Below, piece after piece: positions 20,788 to 34,130 of a stretch of 64,000 nucleotides of DNA. The stretch is from Guillardia theta CCMP2712. Taxonomy: Eukaryota > Protista > Cryptophyta. Position 1 is the first letter of the stretch. Every line of letters starts with the position of its first letter. The notes under the pieces were generated by a model that had not been told where the DNA came from, made no database searches, and saw only the letters and a list, made by a program, of their open reading frames with translations. The stretch lies in contig NW_005434660.1 in assembly GCF_000315625.1 (NCBI RefSeq), forward strand, positions 1 through 64,000, written 5' to 3'. Made by a program: the position numbers and the translations under genes.

Positions 20788-20955
20788 TGTGCTGTATGAG
20801 GGCTTGTGGATAGCTGGCTGGAATAAAATGCTAGGAAGCTTCAAGACCCGAGTCATGCTCAGACAAGAAGAACACTCGAAGAAATGAAGTAGATTCATAT
20901 GAAGGCCACGTGATTCATGCTCTCTTCGTCAAGTTGGACAATTGACTGACTGTAG

Positions 20956-23900
20956 ATGTTGGGCTTTTCCTCAGCTGCCTTTATATCACGCCCCAAGGCT
21001 ATTCGTGAAGACCCAGATAGTCAGCACAAGCATGTTCGAAAAAAAGAATCTTCCAGGAGATTTCTCGTCCAGAGACAAGGATACCTCAGAAACAGTAAAA
21101 GGATTATGGAGTTGGGAGCAAAGAGTATTGCAATCTTTGATCTCGCACTCAATCTGCGCTCAGAGATTGATGTGTCAACCATAATGACCGTCAAGGTTGG
21201 TCCAGATGAGTTTTCTTTTACCTTACAACTGCAAAAATCAGCTGAAGCTTACTCTTGCCTCCAACGAGCGGAACTTCTCAGTGTCTTGCTTCCGATTGTG
21301 CAGGGAGATGTTGGAGGTCAGATCTTTTCACTGCTCAAGTGGAGCAAGCAGATGTTATGGGCAGGAAGTCTTGATGAGAGCTACAGAAAATTTGCTAAGT
21401 ACCGTATCTGGTCAGGTAAAATCACGGTAATTGAAGAGGACAATGCAATAGCATCTACTGAGATATCCATTCACGAGATTTCGAAGGTCCAGCCTCTTGC
21501 AGATGACAACTGTGGATTGGTGCTGATGATGAAGAACAAGAGGATCATTCGCTTTACATGTCTCTGTAACGAAGAGGCGCCCTATCGGCAATTCTCCAAC
21601 AGAGATAGAATGGTTCGTGCCATCACTGATTCTGCTTTGGCACAGCTTGGAATTACCTTACCCGTAGAAAACATCCAGTCTCAGGACGCGTTTGTATTGT
21701 TTCGACTGTGGAATGCAAGCTCTATTGACAACGTCATTTCATCGTTTGCTATTCAAAGATTGTCCAAGAAATCCAAGAAGCGAATCGTCAGTTTGAGTTC
21801 GAATGGAATGTACGAACGAGATGTTGAAAACACCTCTCTTGTTCATCACACCATTGCTTGGTCACACATCCTGCATTTTGTTCGCTATCCATTTCAAGGC
21901 GATGAACCAACTAGCCAGCCAGCCAAATCGAAGTTACCTACTTTCGCGATATGCACACAAGATGGAAAATTACATAGATATGAACTCGCTCATCGTGATG
22001 AGATACTTACTTGTATGATGGAAATTGCCTGCAGACAGGGTATTTGGCTTTCAGTAGCTCCGGAAGCTCTTTCTGTTGACTGGAGGATGGGAGGATCCGG
22101 ATTAGATGGGGACAAAGAATATGAAGATTCTTTCTTCGAGAGATTGTCGTCGTTGACGGTCAAGGAAGATAACGTTTTGCAGTGGGTTGACATGGCGAAC
22201 GAGTGCAATTGTAATTTTTCTGGATCTTCATTGGGCAGAGTGCTGTCGAGAAAAATTCTCCAAAATTTTTTAAATATTTCCGTCCGACAAGAAAAGCATA
22301 ATGCGAACATCACGGTGCCACTTCTCATGGCATTCTTAAAGTTGTTGAGTTCGAGAAGTGCTTTTGAAGAGATTCCACTCCTACGAAAAGACGTGTCAAA
22401 CATCTGGACTCAATTTCTGTCTCTGATCTTGAGCGACAATGATTTGGTGTCTCTTGCTGTCACTGGCGCCATTCGATCAATGATCCGCTTCTCGAATCGT
22501 GGAATATCCGACAAAATGCGAAATGGCATCGAGAAATATGAGACAGCCAACTCATCCTCAATCGTAGACAACGAATTGGTTTCCATCATTTTAGAGAAGA
22601 TCGCAAATGTGTCCAACCGATGCAATCCTAAGAGCCCCATTGCAATCTTCGGAATCATGGAAATCATTGATAAAATTTTCACATGCCGTACTAGCATGAT
22701 GGACTCAGAGCTTGCTGAACGAATGTCACGGAGTCTCTCCAATGCAATTGATGACCTCTGTGGGCTCTGCCGCATGCCCAACCGTGTTGTGTGCAAGCGT
22801 TCAACACAGCTGCTTATCACAATACTCCAAGATGCCGATGAGAAGAAAAGGATTGAATTACAAAATGCGTTGCGAAGTAGGTGCATACTCCTTCCGCACA
22901 TCCGCTACGTCATCAGCTCAGCTTCGTTACACTTGTCTACTGCTGTTGATTCCAGTGTTGAGGTGCAGTCGTCTTTTCACTTTGCTCTCCATCAGGAAAA
23001 GGATACAAGAGCACTCTTTTCCGGCCACATGGATTCCGATCAGGCCGACTTATCTGCGAACTTGATCGAGCTGCTCGTCGAAGGGAATCCATGCAGCATG
23101 GATCTCCTCTCTCGCATCCTCCCTGCCTCCTTATTCTCTTCCCTCCGCGTCCCATGGCAAGAGTCTGCGACAGCCACCCTGCAACAAAGGGGAAGATCTG
23201 CCAGGGTGCGATCGGCAGTGAACAATTGGCCCCTCTTATTTCAGAGGCTTCGATCGGATCTTTCCGATGCATCTCTCATTTGGAATGAGAGCACGCGTAA
23301 TGAACTGCGTGAGGCTTTGCAGGAGGAGGAAGAGGCGCTGATAGCGTCAATAGAGGTCTACGGGGCCTCAAATGTGACTTGGAATGACGAGGATTTCTTC
23401 GTACACTACAGGAGCCTCGAGCAGGAAGTGCGAGTGGGAGCATATTACCTCCGATTTGTTCTCTTTGATGATTTCGACGTGGAGGTACTGGGATCAGGAG
23501 CAAGTCGCTTTCTCGGGCAGTTGTACCATTCCTTCCTCACAGAGCAGAACCCAGCGGTCAAGGTGGACTGTCTGCTGGCAATGTCGAAGGTGTACAAGCG
23601 ATGGAGCAATCAGCCGTTTGACTCCCTCACCCTCTCGTCCCTTGTTCGTATCCTTGCAGACACTGACTGCAGCAAGAATGTCAGGAACGCCCTGATCGAT
23701 TTTCTCCAGACGGTAAGTGAAAGAGATTCTTCTGATATCAACTTACATGGTTTGCAGGCCATATGTAACCCGGTCAATGCACGAAACCTGCTTTCATTCC
23801 CTCTCTTCATACCCTCTATCCTCCAGATTCTTTCCAGCAGCATGTCAAGTGATTATGTACAGATGGACTGGATCAGTATGGACAAGATTGGAATGACCAT

Positions 23901-26900
23901 TAAGTGCGCTAACCTGCTACATGTTCTTGTCTCTCGAACTTCATCAAAAGCAACCAACAAGATTGTTCGCCCTCTCCCGCTTGCTCAAAGAGTGCTTTCC
24001 AAGGATGAACGAGTACGTCAAGTCGTCTGGTTGCTCCTCCTTCCTAATGAAACCTTTCTCTGTCGTATGCTCGAAATCGTTGAAATTCTCTTGCAGCAGA
24101 GCGGATGTTGTTCATTCCTTCCAGCAACGAAATCTCTCCTTTTGTATCTACTGATCAATTGTGTTGATTTTTCTCGGTCAATTCAATCCGGAAGCGAGCA
24201 AGGAGAGGCTGTCAAAGATAGCTTGCTGGAGAAGGCTGGTAAAATGATCGGACAGATGTGGGAAGGAAGCGAGAACAACAACAGCTGTACATGCAAGATC
24301 GAGGTGCAAGAGACCATGCTGGATTTGATCCCGATTTCACTCTTCTTGCTTCTCAAGAAGGAAGGCGCAACTTCCTTCGTACGTACCCTGTCCTCCGAAC
24401 GAAAAGATGTGTCAATCCTTTGGACCAGGAGCATGAGAGAAAGAATGTCACAGGCCTTGAAGTTGCACCTTTGCAGAACTTTACGAGAAGAGCAGGAAGG
24501 AAAGATAGGCTTCGAAAGAATGCCGAAGATTGTCTACAACGAGCATATCGAATCAGATTGGCTTGGATGCGAAGACTTTGGCTACTACTTGTCCCATCTT
24601 GAAAGCTCCTCTTCCATGGTCTCTCCCACCGACATCGTTCAATTCCGCCAACTTATTCTGCAACGACTCGCGGATGCCTCAACCGGCTTATCGACCCAGG
24701 CGATTCTGCTGTCACTACTTGCGAATATCATGGAGGAGAATCACGTGCTACAGTTCGAAGAGGACGCGCATGCTGTCAAACAGTCCGAAGAGACTGAAGA
24801 AGCAGGCAAGGAGGATTCGTCGCGATTCGCCGAGTTCAAAATCCTCGCAGGACTGCTCAAAGAAGATGCCATGTATCAAGAGGAAGCAGGAAGGGGAGGA
24901 GGAGGAGGCAATCGGAGTCCAAGCAGGGAGAGGATGATGGTGCAGATGAATGTGATGCGCGTGTGCAGATGGATGGTGAAGGCTTCTCCCGATAGCAGTT
25001 CGACCGTCAGTTCGACCGTCTCTCTGTGTATCCAGCTGGGCATCGCAGACTTTGTGGATTCGGTGCTTAAGCAGTGCATCTCGTGCATGTTTGTGAGCAG
25101 AAAGCCAGGAGAGGAAACTAACGTACTTGGGGGCTCGACTGCGGGAGATTCAGTTGATAGTCAATCTGAATCAGATTGTATCCTACAGCTCACGTTGGCT
25201 GCCATTCGCTTCGCCTCTGACTTTGCACGATATCCTGAGGGTCTCAACAGGTGGGAGCGCGAACAGGGCATTGTGCATGTGCTGCTGCTTTGCTTGCAGA
25301 GTGACCATAGCGACATCATACAAGCGGCGATCGAATGCATGGGTCATGTCTGCTCCTCCCAGCTGCTGCATGCTGCTCTCATTCGCGGGCACTTTCACCT
25401 TCTGCTCTTGCGACAGTTATTGCGAGATGTCTTTGCCATGACGGATGGAGCAGATCGGGTGACTGTGTCGATAGTGAGCATACGCACTCGCTGCCTGTCC
25501 ACCTGTCAGGCCCTCTACTCCTTCGCCTTTGGCAAGCACAACACGCAAGAGATCCAGGAGGAGCTTGTCTGCCTCCTCACTGCCCCCATGCTCGAGCGCC
25601 TTGACAGCGCCGCAGAGTTTCTCGGGATCTTTGCGGCGGAGCATCGGACGCCCGACTTGGTGTGGGGGAGCTGCAACCGGCGAGAGCTGCGCAGCCTCGT
25701 CAAGAAGACGTTCAAGCATCTCAACGTAACGTCTCCTCAAATCAACGAGCAGCCTCCCAGCTGGCCTTCCTTGACTGGCTCGCCCAGCGTCAGCGAAGAA
25801 TCAGCGAGCATGTCCAACGACATTGCAAAATTTTCTTATTCAAACATCTGCAACCTCACGCGTGTTGGAGGGATTTACATTGAGATATTCAATGATCAGG
25901 TCGGGATATTCTTTGGTTTGCTTCTTCTCTTCTGCTAACTTTGCCCCGAATCTTCTCAGCCAAACTGGCCTCTGGAAGATCCTGCCACCCTGCTAGGGAA
26001 ACTTTTTGATGCTATGGCGCATGGGGTGAGCTGCATGACTGGTGTAAACGAGAGCTGAATGGGGTGTTAGGTGGAGGGAAATGAAATGACAGACAATCAG
26101 AAAGTGGAAGCTATGAAGGCGGCTTTGAACATTGCAAAAAGACTTCCCTCTTCCTCCGTGTTGAGGTCTTTCATTCTGACACTGCCTTCGTCGGTCTCTC
26201 TTCTCTGCCATTGACTTTGTTTTTCAGCTCCCCAACTCGCATCGTCCTCCTCGCCGACCTCCTTCCAGCTCAGGAAGATTTCTGGGAACAAGAGGTACTG
26301 TCAGGCGATCAAGGGAGTGAAGGAACCAGCGCAAACTCCAAACAAGGGAAGTGGAAACTATATGTCCTCGTCTTTGAACTTCTCGCCGTTGGATCGCAAG
26401 ACTCCCGAGCCGCAAAAATCCTTTGTGAACAGGTGATGCTGAGACGATGGTGTCCTAGAAGCTCAGATGTGTTGTTGTCGTATGATGATGTGGAGGGGGT
26501 GGAAGGGGGGATCAGAAATACCAAAGTAAGGTGATATGATTGGGGGAGGAGGAAACAGGAGAATTCAAGGGAACTGGTGAGGGGCAGGAGGAACATGTTG
26601 ATGCTCCTTGACTCTCGAGACTCAAGGCAATTTTCAGGGGGTGGCTCAGAGGCTGCTGGGATTCCTCAACGCGTCACTTGGAATCTTTTCTCCGTCGCTC
26701 TGTCTCGATGAATCGCGTAAGATGATTGCAAGACTTGTGTTGAAAGCTTGACGATACCAACAAGATCAAGCCGAAGCTTTTGACTCATCTGCTTCATGTC
26801 GAGAGTTGAAGGATTGCTTGGAGAGTGTTGTGGTTTCAACCCTTCGATGTCTTAGGCAAGTTTCAAGATTCCTTCCCTCACAGTTTCGACGTCTCTGTCA

Positions 26901-28592
26901 AGAATCTTACCTGACGGTCCTCCTGCTTCTCCTCTTCAAAGATTCGATTCCCATGTCTCTGCGAGCTGAGGCAGCTTCGTCCATCTCTGAATTCTGCACG
27001 TCGGAAAATGCTGAGAGGATGAAAGAGTATTTAAAGATGGTTTGTCCTCGCCATCTTGTCAGTGAGCTAGCTCGACCGCGAAAAGAAGACAATCAGATCC
27101 TTCATGTCGTGTTGGCAGTTGATCAAGATGTCAAGACAGAGGAGAGCGAGTGGAATCGTGATGATTGTCAGGAAGTTTTGACGTTTCTGTGTGAGTCTCG
27201 ACAAAATTTCTCCTGGGAAATTTCGCGGTTAAGCTATCTGGAAAAGCAAGAAAGCAGAAGAGTCGGGGACTACTTGATTGACAACCTCAACATTCTCTTG
27301 AAGGTAGATCAACCGCACTTGCTCTCTTGGCTCGCGCTCTATCTCTGTCTCTTCCCGCTCTCTTCCCTCTTAGCTTTGCCCCTCTTAGCTCCCTTCTCCT
27401 CTTCTGTATAAGTGTCTCATCACAGCTTTCCAGGAAGGGAAAGATCAATCGCAGCTGATCAAAGATCCTGCCTCCTTCTTCAGGATCTGCTCGGTGATAT
27501 GCCGCAGAGCGTTGAAACTTTGATGACGAGATGGCGGGCAGGAGGAGGTGAAGCACAACACAGACACCAACGAGGCGATCGCTGAGTGGCCAGATGGCTG
27601 CGAGCGACTCAAACAAGTCCTTGAGTCGCTGGGTTGGCTTGCAAGAGGAGGACTCGTGCCTCGATCAGTTTGGGACGAGAAGGTATAGAACTGAATCCTC
27701 TCCCTTTTGCTCTTTGTCCTTCCCTCATCATCACCTGCTCTCCCTCGGCTCCAGTGTTCTCTGACTTCTCCTCCAGGCCATCTGTCTGGTGCCGTCGCTC
27801 ATGAAAGTTCTTTCCGCCATGTCCAGATCCTCCCACCCGATTCGCCCGAGTCAGCTACGGCAGATCATGCGAGTCCTCCTTCCTGCTGTATCTTGTGAGG
27901 GAGTTTCAGAGTTCTTTCGCATCCCCGACAATGTTCGGTCGCTGATTTGGATGGTGATGGAGGTGAAAGGGAGGAGGCTGAGGAGGTGCTGGCTGTCCTC
28001 TTATGCATGGCAGGGGTCGAGGCATGAGGATGCGGCGGGCGAAGAGGTGCTGGCAGCATCTGTTCACATCCTTGCAGCGATGATGCGCGAGAATTCGTCG
28101 ATAGTGGAGGTTAGTGAGTGGAAGTTGCCAGGGACTGACGGCGTGTGCAGCTCGTGCTTCAAGACGGCATCATGCTTTCCCAGCTGAAGGTCAACTAATG
28201 CCAGTCATGTCGGAGCTCACTTGACCGCAGGCGATGGCCGAGCGGCGTGAGCCCAACGTCCTGCACCTCATGGGCGAGATGCTGGCGCACCCGAGCATGG
28301 GGGAGGCGAGTAGCCTCGTCTTCTCCTCGGCGCTGACCCTCCGTCATCATAGTCTGTGCGGCTTGCAATCCCTGAACGAACTTTCTGGGACCGCGTGGAG
28401 GAGGCTTCGCCACTGGTTGCTCCTGCTGCCCCCGTGCACTTTTGACGTTTTCTGCAGGTTGGTTGGGATAGCCCGGCTTTCAAGCGGCTACACTCTGAAG
28501 TGCTGCCGTCAATCGTATGGCGAGCTGTACCTGAGGAGGAGGAGGAGGAGGAGGAGGAGGAGGCAGGGGGGAGGGAAGGAAAGCAGAGATGA
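20956..28592 (+). CDS. RME-8/DNAJC13-like IWN-repeat and ARM-repeat protein (multi-exon; start and end approximate)
   Basis: 1660-aa exon containing LIWNESTRNELREAL..WNDEDFFVHYRSLEQEVRVGAYYLR, ILWTRSMRERM and PDLVWGSCNRRELR..RVGGIYIEIFN; further short exons downstream. Confidence 0.75.
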
Positions 28593-29183
28593 GATGATGA
28601 TCATGGATATGTAGGAGGAGGAAAAAGAGGATCTTTGTTATTGTTTTGTACTTTACTTTTCGATGTTAGTCCACGATTTTTTTTGTTGTGCCATGAATGA
28701 TCGTCAGATCTCACGTGGGACCCTTAAACGTGACCCCTCCTTTCTTGTTGACTGGGGTCCTCTCCTGATTGGTCAACACGGCTGCTCAACACTTCATTCT
28801 TCCTCGATTTCTCCTAGGCGGTTTTACACGTTCTTTTTCATTCCACTCGCATCGTATGCACGTTGAGTCACGCGTATCCTCAAGGATACTTGTGACGCTA
28901 AATGAAAGTTTCCATGTGTCACCATTATCTGCACCATTATGTGGGAAGTGAATCAGGGAGGGGAGGGGGGGAGACAGAGACAGAGACGGAGAGATGGAGA
29001 GATGGAGAGACTTGGGTAAGAGAGAGATCTAAGAGACAAACCCACGAGGAAAGAGACAACCAAGGTGGGACAGGTGGGACAGAAGATGGCAGAAAGGGAG
29101 TGATTGTGCGCGTCGAATTTGGAGTCAAATAACTTGATTCTTTCAAGTGTCCAGCTGACTTGGATGAGCGTTTCTCACTCTTG

Positions 29184-29765
29184 TCATCCCCCCATCTGTG
29201 AGTGTTTTGAATTACATACAATATGGATCTGATTGCTTGGAAGATCATTGGAATGCCCACTCAAAGAGTCGTTGAGTTTGTATCTGACAACGAACTTTCG
29301 ATCATCGTTTTCCTTGTGAGGTACGCTTGCTCGCGCATTGCGCTTAATGCAATGCAGGTTCTCGGATGGATCTTGTGCTTTACGGGTATCGTTGACGTAG
29401 AGGCAGCGAAGCTTTCCATCGGCCATCATCGAGGGCAGGAAAGAATTCTCTCGCAGAAGGGTGAGCGGTACACGAGTGCGAGTGTTGTTTACAGTTTGCT
29501 TGGCCTTTGTCTTGCTGGATTTTGTGCATTCACTTTCTACAACAAAATCTTGCGAAGAAGCAAATCGTTGTCGTTGATCAAGGTAAAAAAGTACAGCCTG
29601 GATCTCCCGTAGTCTGTACTCATCACGTGAACCAAGAAAAGCTTGAGTGTATCGTCTTACAAGATGTAATATCCTGTTCAGCATATGTAAGGTTTGATTC
29701 TCAGCAGCGCATGATTCAACAACTGAGCACGACAATCGTGATTCATGCGAGGATAATTCAACCAT
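29184..29765 (-). CDS. Hypothetical protein (partial ORF)
   Basis: 193-codon open frame with protein-like composition; no motif recognised. Confidence 0.3.
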   Translation of the reverse strand: MVELSSHESRLSCSVVESCAAENQTLHMLNRILHLVRRYTQAFLGSRDEYRLREIQAVLFYLDQRQRFASSQDFVVESECTKSSKTKAKQTVNNTRTRVPLTLLRENSFLPSMMADGKLRCLYVNDTRKAQDPSENLHCIKRNARASVPHKENDDRKFVVRYKLNDSLSGHSNDLPSNQIHIVCNSKHSQMGG

Positions 29766-29878
29766 CCAGTTAAATTAAATTTCTCAGACATCTAAATCTG
29801 ATCAACCAAGAAAATCCTACGAGAGTGACATAAATGCCCATAACTGCTATCTACAAACACAACGTTGCAACGCCTTGC

Positions 29879-31156
29879 TCAGATGTAAGATTCAACGGGA
29901 GCTTTCGTCATCTGTGTTCCATAGCTAGGAGCCTGAAATTAAAAAAAGAAAATCAGGATATAATATGTCCATACGATTGCAACTCGCCTCTCTGATTGGC
30001 GCAAAAGACTTAAAGTTTGTGATTCGATCCAAGCCGTCATGGCTCAACAACAGAACGAATCCAAACACCTAAGCAACTCTCTCACAACACCATCACAAGT
30101 GCATGAGCAACATGTCTCGTACCACTTTGGACATGATGTCAAGAACAGCATAGATCATGATCTCAAAGTTTGGAGACCAGTCTCCAGTGCCCTCTGAGAA
30201 AATGAATACCAACGGATACCTGCGATATTGTCAAATGCAAGAACAGATCCTTGTGTATCTATTACAATCCCCAAGTGATCGCTGCAATCCAAGCCACTTT
30301 GCTGTACATCTCAACCACAGAAGGATTACTTCTGTCGACCAAAGCTCGATATCCCCTGAGCATGGTCTGTGATGCAAGTTAATTTGCACACATGCAAACA
30401 TCAATGAGTGGTCACTTACGTAGACCAGAGGAGCGAAAATCAACAGCGACAGAGAGAACCAAAGCCATTTGATGTGCCCAGAAGAAATAGAAGCCATGAA
30501 TCCACCGAAGATCATAAGCATATCCGCTGCGATAATCTGTTTCCTTCATCAGGAATATGTACGCCCAAGAATGACACGTTCACTCACAGCAATGTTCAAA
30601 CCAGTATCTGCACCGACGATCAAACCCAAATTCAGAAAGATCAAAGATGTCGTGAAGAACCAATCGACGTATCTGTCACAAACAAACATTCAGAGCATGT
30701 GTGCATGTGTTCACACTCCACTGACCTGACGTAGAACAACTGACGACAGTTTGGAGTGATCAACCATCCTTGTCCGCTCAACATAGCATAATATGCAAAT
30801 GTTGAAATGGCTGTTACATAGCACATGATGAAGTAGAACTATGTTGAGAAACTCATGAGTAAGGCAGATCCGAGAGCATCGCAAGTTCACCTTGCGTTTT
30901 TCATGGGCTGCTTTGAAGGCCATCAAAACAAATGCCACCGTTGTTACGCCCATGATGAGGAAAGAAACTTGGGGCATATCAGTAATGAGTGTGTCAGATG
31001 CATCTCATCCTCACCAGCTAGAAAGAATTCCCCCGTCTGTGTAACGAGCTGCAGGTCGACAACCTTGCACACTTCCACGGCAGAACTCACATCCATCCAC
31101 AGGAGGCTCAAGAATAGAAGAGCTGTCAAGCGCATGGGCGGCATGCTCTTTGCCAT
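29879..31156 (-). CDS. Microbial (type 1) rhodopsin, GtR3-like cryptophyte family, about 9 exons
   Basis: Spliced: FAYYAMLSGQGWLITPNCRQLFYVR|YVDWFFTTSLIFLNLG..ADMLMIFGG..ITWGL|YPLVFIFSEG..IYAVLDIMSK|VFGF, with the retinal-binding Lys in DxxxK; hydrophobic N-terminal leader. Confidence 0.93.
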
Positions 31157-32725
31157 GATTGCCTCTTGCGTCGCTCGGACGCTAGTCTGCACTGCGTGAG
31201 CAAAGATGAGTTGGAAGAGCTCAAACCCTTTTTGCAGAAAAGAGAAACCAACATAACTCTGTGCACTTTCCTACTCTTTCTCCTCGGCATTCTATCAAGA
31301 AATCGCACACATCCACTGCCAAAAAGTGGCAGACGAGGAGTGAAACAGTTACATCAAAGCAGATCCAACAATCTTTTCATGTTCTTGAGGCAATTGACAA
31401 GAAAGTCAATCGTAATGTTATTTACTGCATACAGCACTACTGGTCCACAAGTAAACTACTCTATGTTCCTTCTGAAGCAACACCATTCCATGTTGCAATG
31501 CAACATGTCACAACTAAACCGCCTTTTACCATTGCTATACTTACATTCCCTTCCTCTTTTCCCACTATCCCATCCTGCTTTCCCATCCTCTAGAACCTTC
31601 AAGCTTGCAGATCACACTGATAACTTGCAATTCCTTGCTCCTAGGCAACGCGACCCAATGTGTTGGCTGTCTCCTCATTCTCCTATGCATCCTCAAACTT
31701 CTCCATTATCTCCTCCCCCTTTTTTCCATCTCTCTCCTGTCCTTGCCATGAAATCCCTTTCATCCCCTCCTCTCCTGTACACTACCCTCTACATGAACGA
31801 GGCGGCACTTGTCTCTTCGCAATTTCGGCCAAACCCTCAAAAAAAACTTTCGTTCTGAAATGAAAAATTTGAAACTTTGACCGCGAATATTTCAATTTTT
31901 AATATCAAAATATCCAAAATTAAAGTCATTTGAAGCGTGTACGTGAAAAGTTTGAGCGTAGACTTTCAAGCTTTCCGTTATCTTTATGTAACTGTTTTAT
32001 TCTGAAGCACCCACCCCTCGATTCGAGACAAGAAAGGAGAAACTCTACGGGTTGATAATCCACAAGGCATGTGAGGGAGTGAGGGTCATAGGGTGGTCAT
32101 TGGACGGGTGGGGCTATTACGAATCGATTTCAATGCATTGATATGGGGGTACTTTCAGTGTTTGGGTGGGGTGAACAAAGATGTAAGCAGATTCTGTGGG
32201 GTGGTGAAGAAAATGGTGGGGTGGGTGGGGTGGAGCGGTGGAGGCGGAAAGGAATGCAGCAAGCAATAGAGGAAAACCGGGGGAAGGGAGGGGGGGGAGG
32301 AGGAGAGAACACGCACAGGAGTAGACAGATGTTGGTAAGAGCACATGAAATCAATGTGGTACTTGTTTTTGAGGGAAAGAGATGATTGGAGCAGGGAGGG
32401 GTCAAGATAGGAGCGGGGAAAGAGTGCGAGGATGGAAGCAATGAGGGGGGATTCGGATATGAGTCGCACCTATCAGCCTTGTGGAAGGGATGGAAGATAA
32501 CAAGATAAAATGACAGAGAGTAAGAGCAACAGAAGAACAAAGTGAGATTCCAGAAGGGTGGGAATTGAGAGATCAGAAGAGTTGCATGATGATGATGGAT
32601 AAGATTAGCATGAAGCCTTTCACCATAGTGCTTGGGTTAATTCGCAATTAAATTGCTTGTGTGAAATTGTTGTCTCACGTCGTTGCTTGTTCGTTTATGG
32701 TTTCCTGGTTTCTGTCTAACAGCCA

Positions 32726-33717
32726 TGCATAGGCTTGCGGTTGGCCATGTCAAGGCAGTTTGGCAGCCTCGTGAGGGGACGGTCGCTTGTCGGTGCCTTG
32801 AGCAATCTTGTCTTGACAGCTCATGTGAGGCTGGCAGAATCATGATGTGAAACACTTACCATGTTCCCAGGCCCCCATCAGCAGCGTTGGGTTTTGTCGC
32901 GGTATGGCGTCAAAAAAAAAGGAGAAAGGTTCGATTGTTGACACGATGAAATGAAAGATGGTGATCCGCTTCAACTCCAGGAAAAAAGAAAGAGAAGAAA
33001 GTTCTTTACAATCCGACCTTGCCCTCCGTGCCGGTGCTAGATGCTCTTTCGTCACATAGATGGTGCTGATGCTTGTTTGAAAGGAACGACGACAGCAAAT
33101 GACTATGTACAAATGGGTACCCTTATCTGCATTTTGACATTGGAGGAAAGTCTGAATTTGCATTCAACAGCAAGTGCACGACCTTCGCGTGCAGTATCGC
33201 AACGAAATTACAGAAAAGCTTGAAGCAAAGAGAGCTGCAGAAGCAGCGAAAGAGGAACAGCGTCAAAAGGAATTGGAAGCAAAGAACGCTGAGATCCTGA
33301 GGACAAGACAGTGAGTTGTCTGTTACCAGATATGCTGGGTGCCTGACCTGTCTGTGCCTCCAGGGAGAAGGCTAAGCGTGCTTACGAAGCCTTGCTTTTG
33401 GCGAGAGCAGAGAGGGCAAAGGCTGCGATAGAGGCTCGTGAAAGGTTTGAAGCTCGAGGACAGCGACTGGTAATGCTCGAGCTGTTCATCCAGACCTCTC
33501 CTTTCCTAACCCGTTGTCTGCAGATTGAACGCGCCCGAAGCAAACTTGCCCATAGCTCTCTAGAAGCGATGTAATAATTGCCCGGCTCTTGTTCTTGCTC
33601 TCACTCAATGTACAGGAGTTGGGCGATTTCTGCCGATGATGCAGAAAATATGATCCAGGCAAGCGAACGAAAGGCTACTCGCTGGTCAGTTGACTATGTT
33701 GACAGGAGGCAATCATG
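32726..33717 (+). CDS. Small multi-exon charged coiled-coil protein (tentatively mitoribosomal mS26-like)
   Basis: Exons QVHDLRVQYRNEITEK..AEILRTRQ / EKAKRAYEALL..GQRL / IERARSKL.. / SWAISADDAENMIQ are joined by ~50-nt GT-AG introns. The family guess rests on pattern only. Confidence 0.45.
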
Positions 33718-34130
33718 AATCCCTCGACTCCTAGTTTCGACAACAGGGTCAGAAGATGAGAACAGAGAAACAAGATGTTTGCTGAGGATTTGCCCTTGTC
33801 CGGAGGATGACAGTAAATGCAGAGCATTGATCCTTGATCTTCCTTTGTCCATCATTACGATTCCTCTTTCTCTTCTGTGGGTGGGCATGTTGGGAATGAT
33901 TTGTTTCAGCTGTCTTTTTCTTTATGGGGGAAAGTCCAACATACACAACAAAACATTCAACGAATCTGACCTGAATTCACACCTTCTAAGAATCTCATTA
34001 TTTGCCTTGAATTTGCGTCAGATCACTACAAAGTCGTGTTCTGATTTCCTGGCTGCTTCATCAAGATTTTCAAAGTTTTGTTGAAACTCAGCAAGGAAAC
34101 TGTCGAAAAGAAAACTTCTTCGTTTTTCCT

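Noticed and set aside
29879-31156. Channelrhodopsin (ACR/CCR) assignment
   Set aside because: The sequence follows the GtR3/pump-like pattern with a short tail and lacks channel-type helix B/C features.
31500-32640. Pyrimidine-rich then purine-rich intergenic halves suggesting a foldback element
   Set aside because: No actual inverted sequence match or TSD could be identified by eye.
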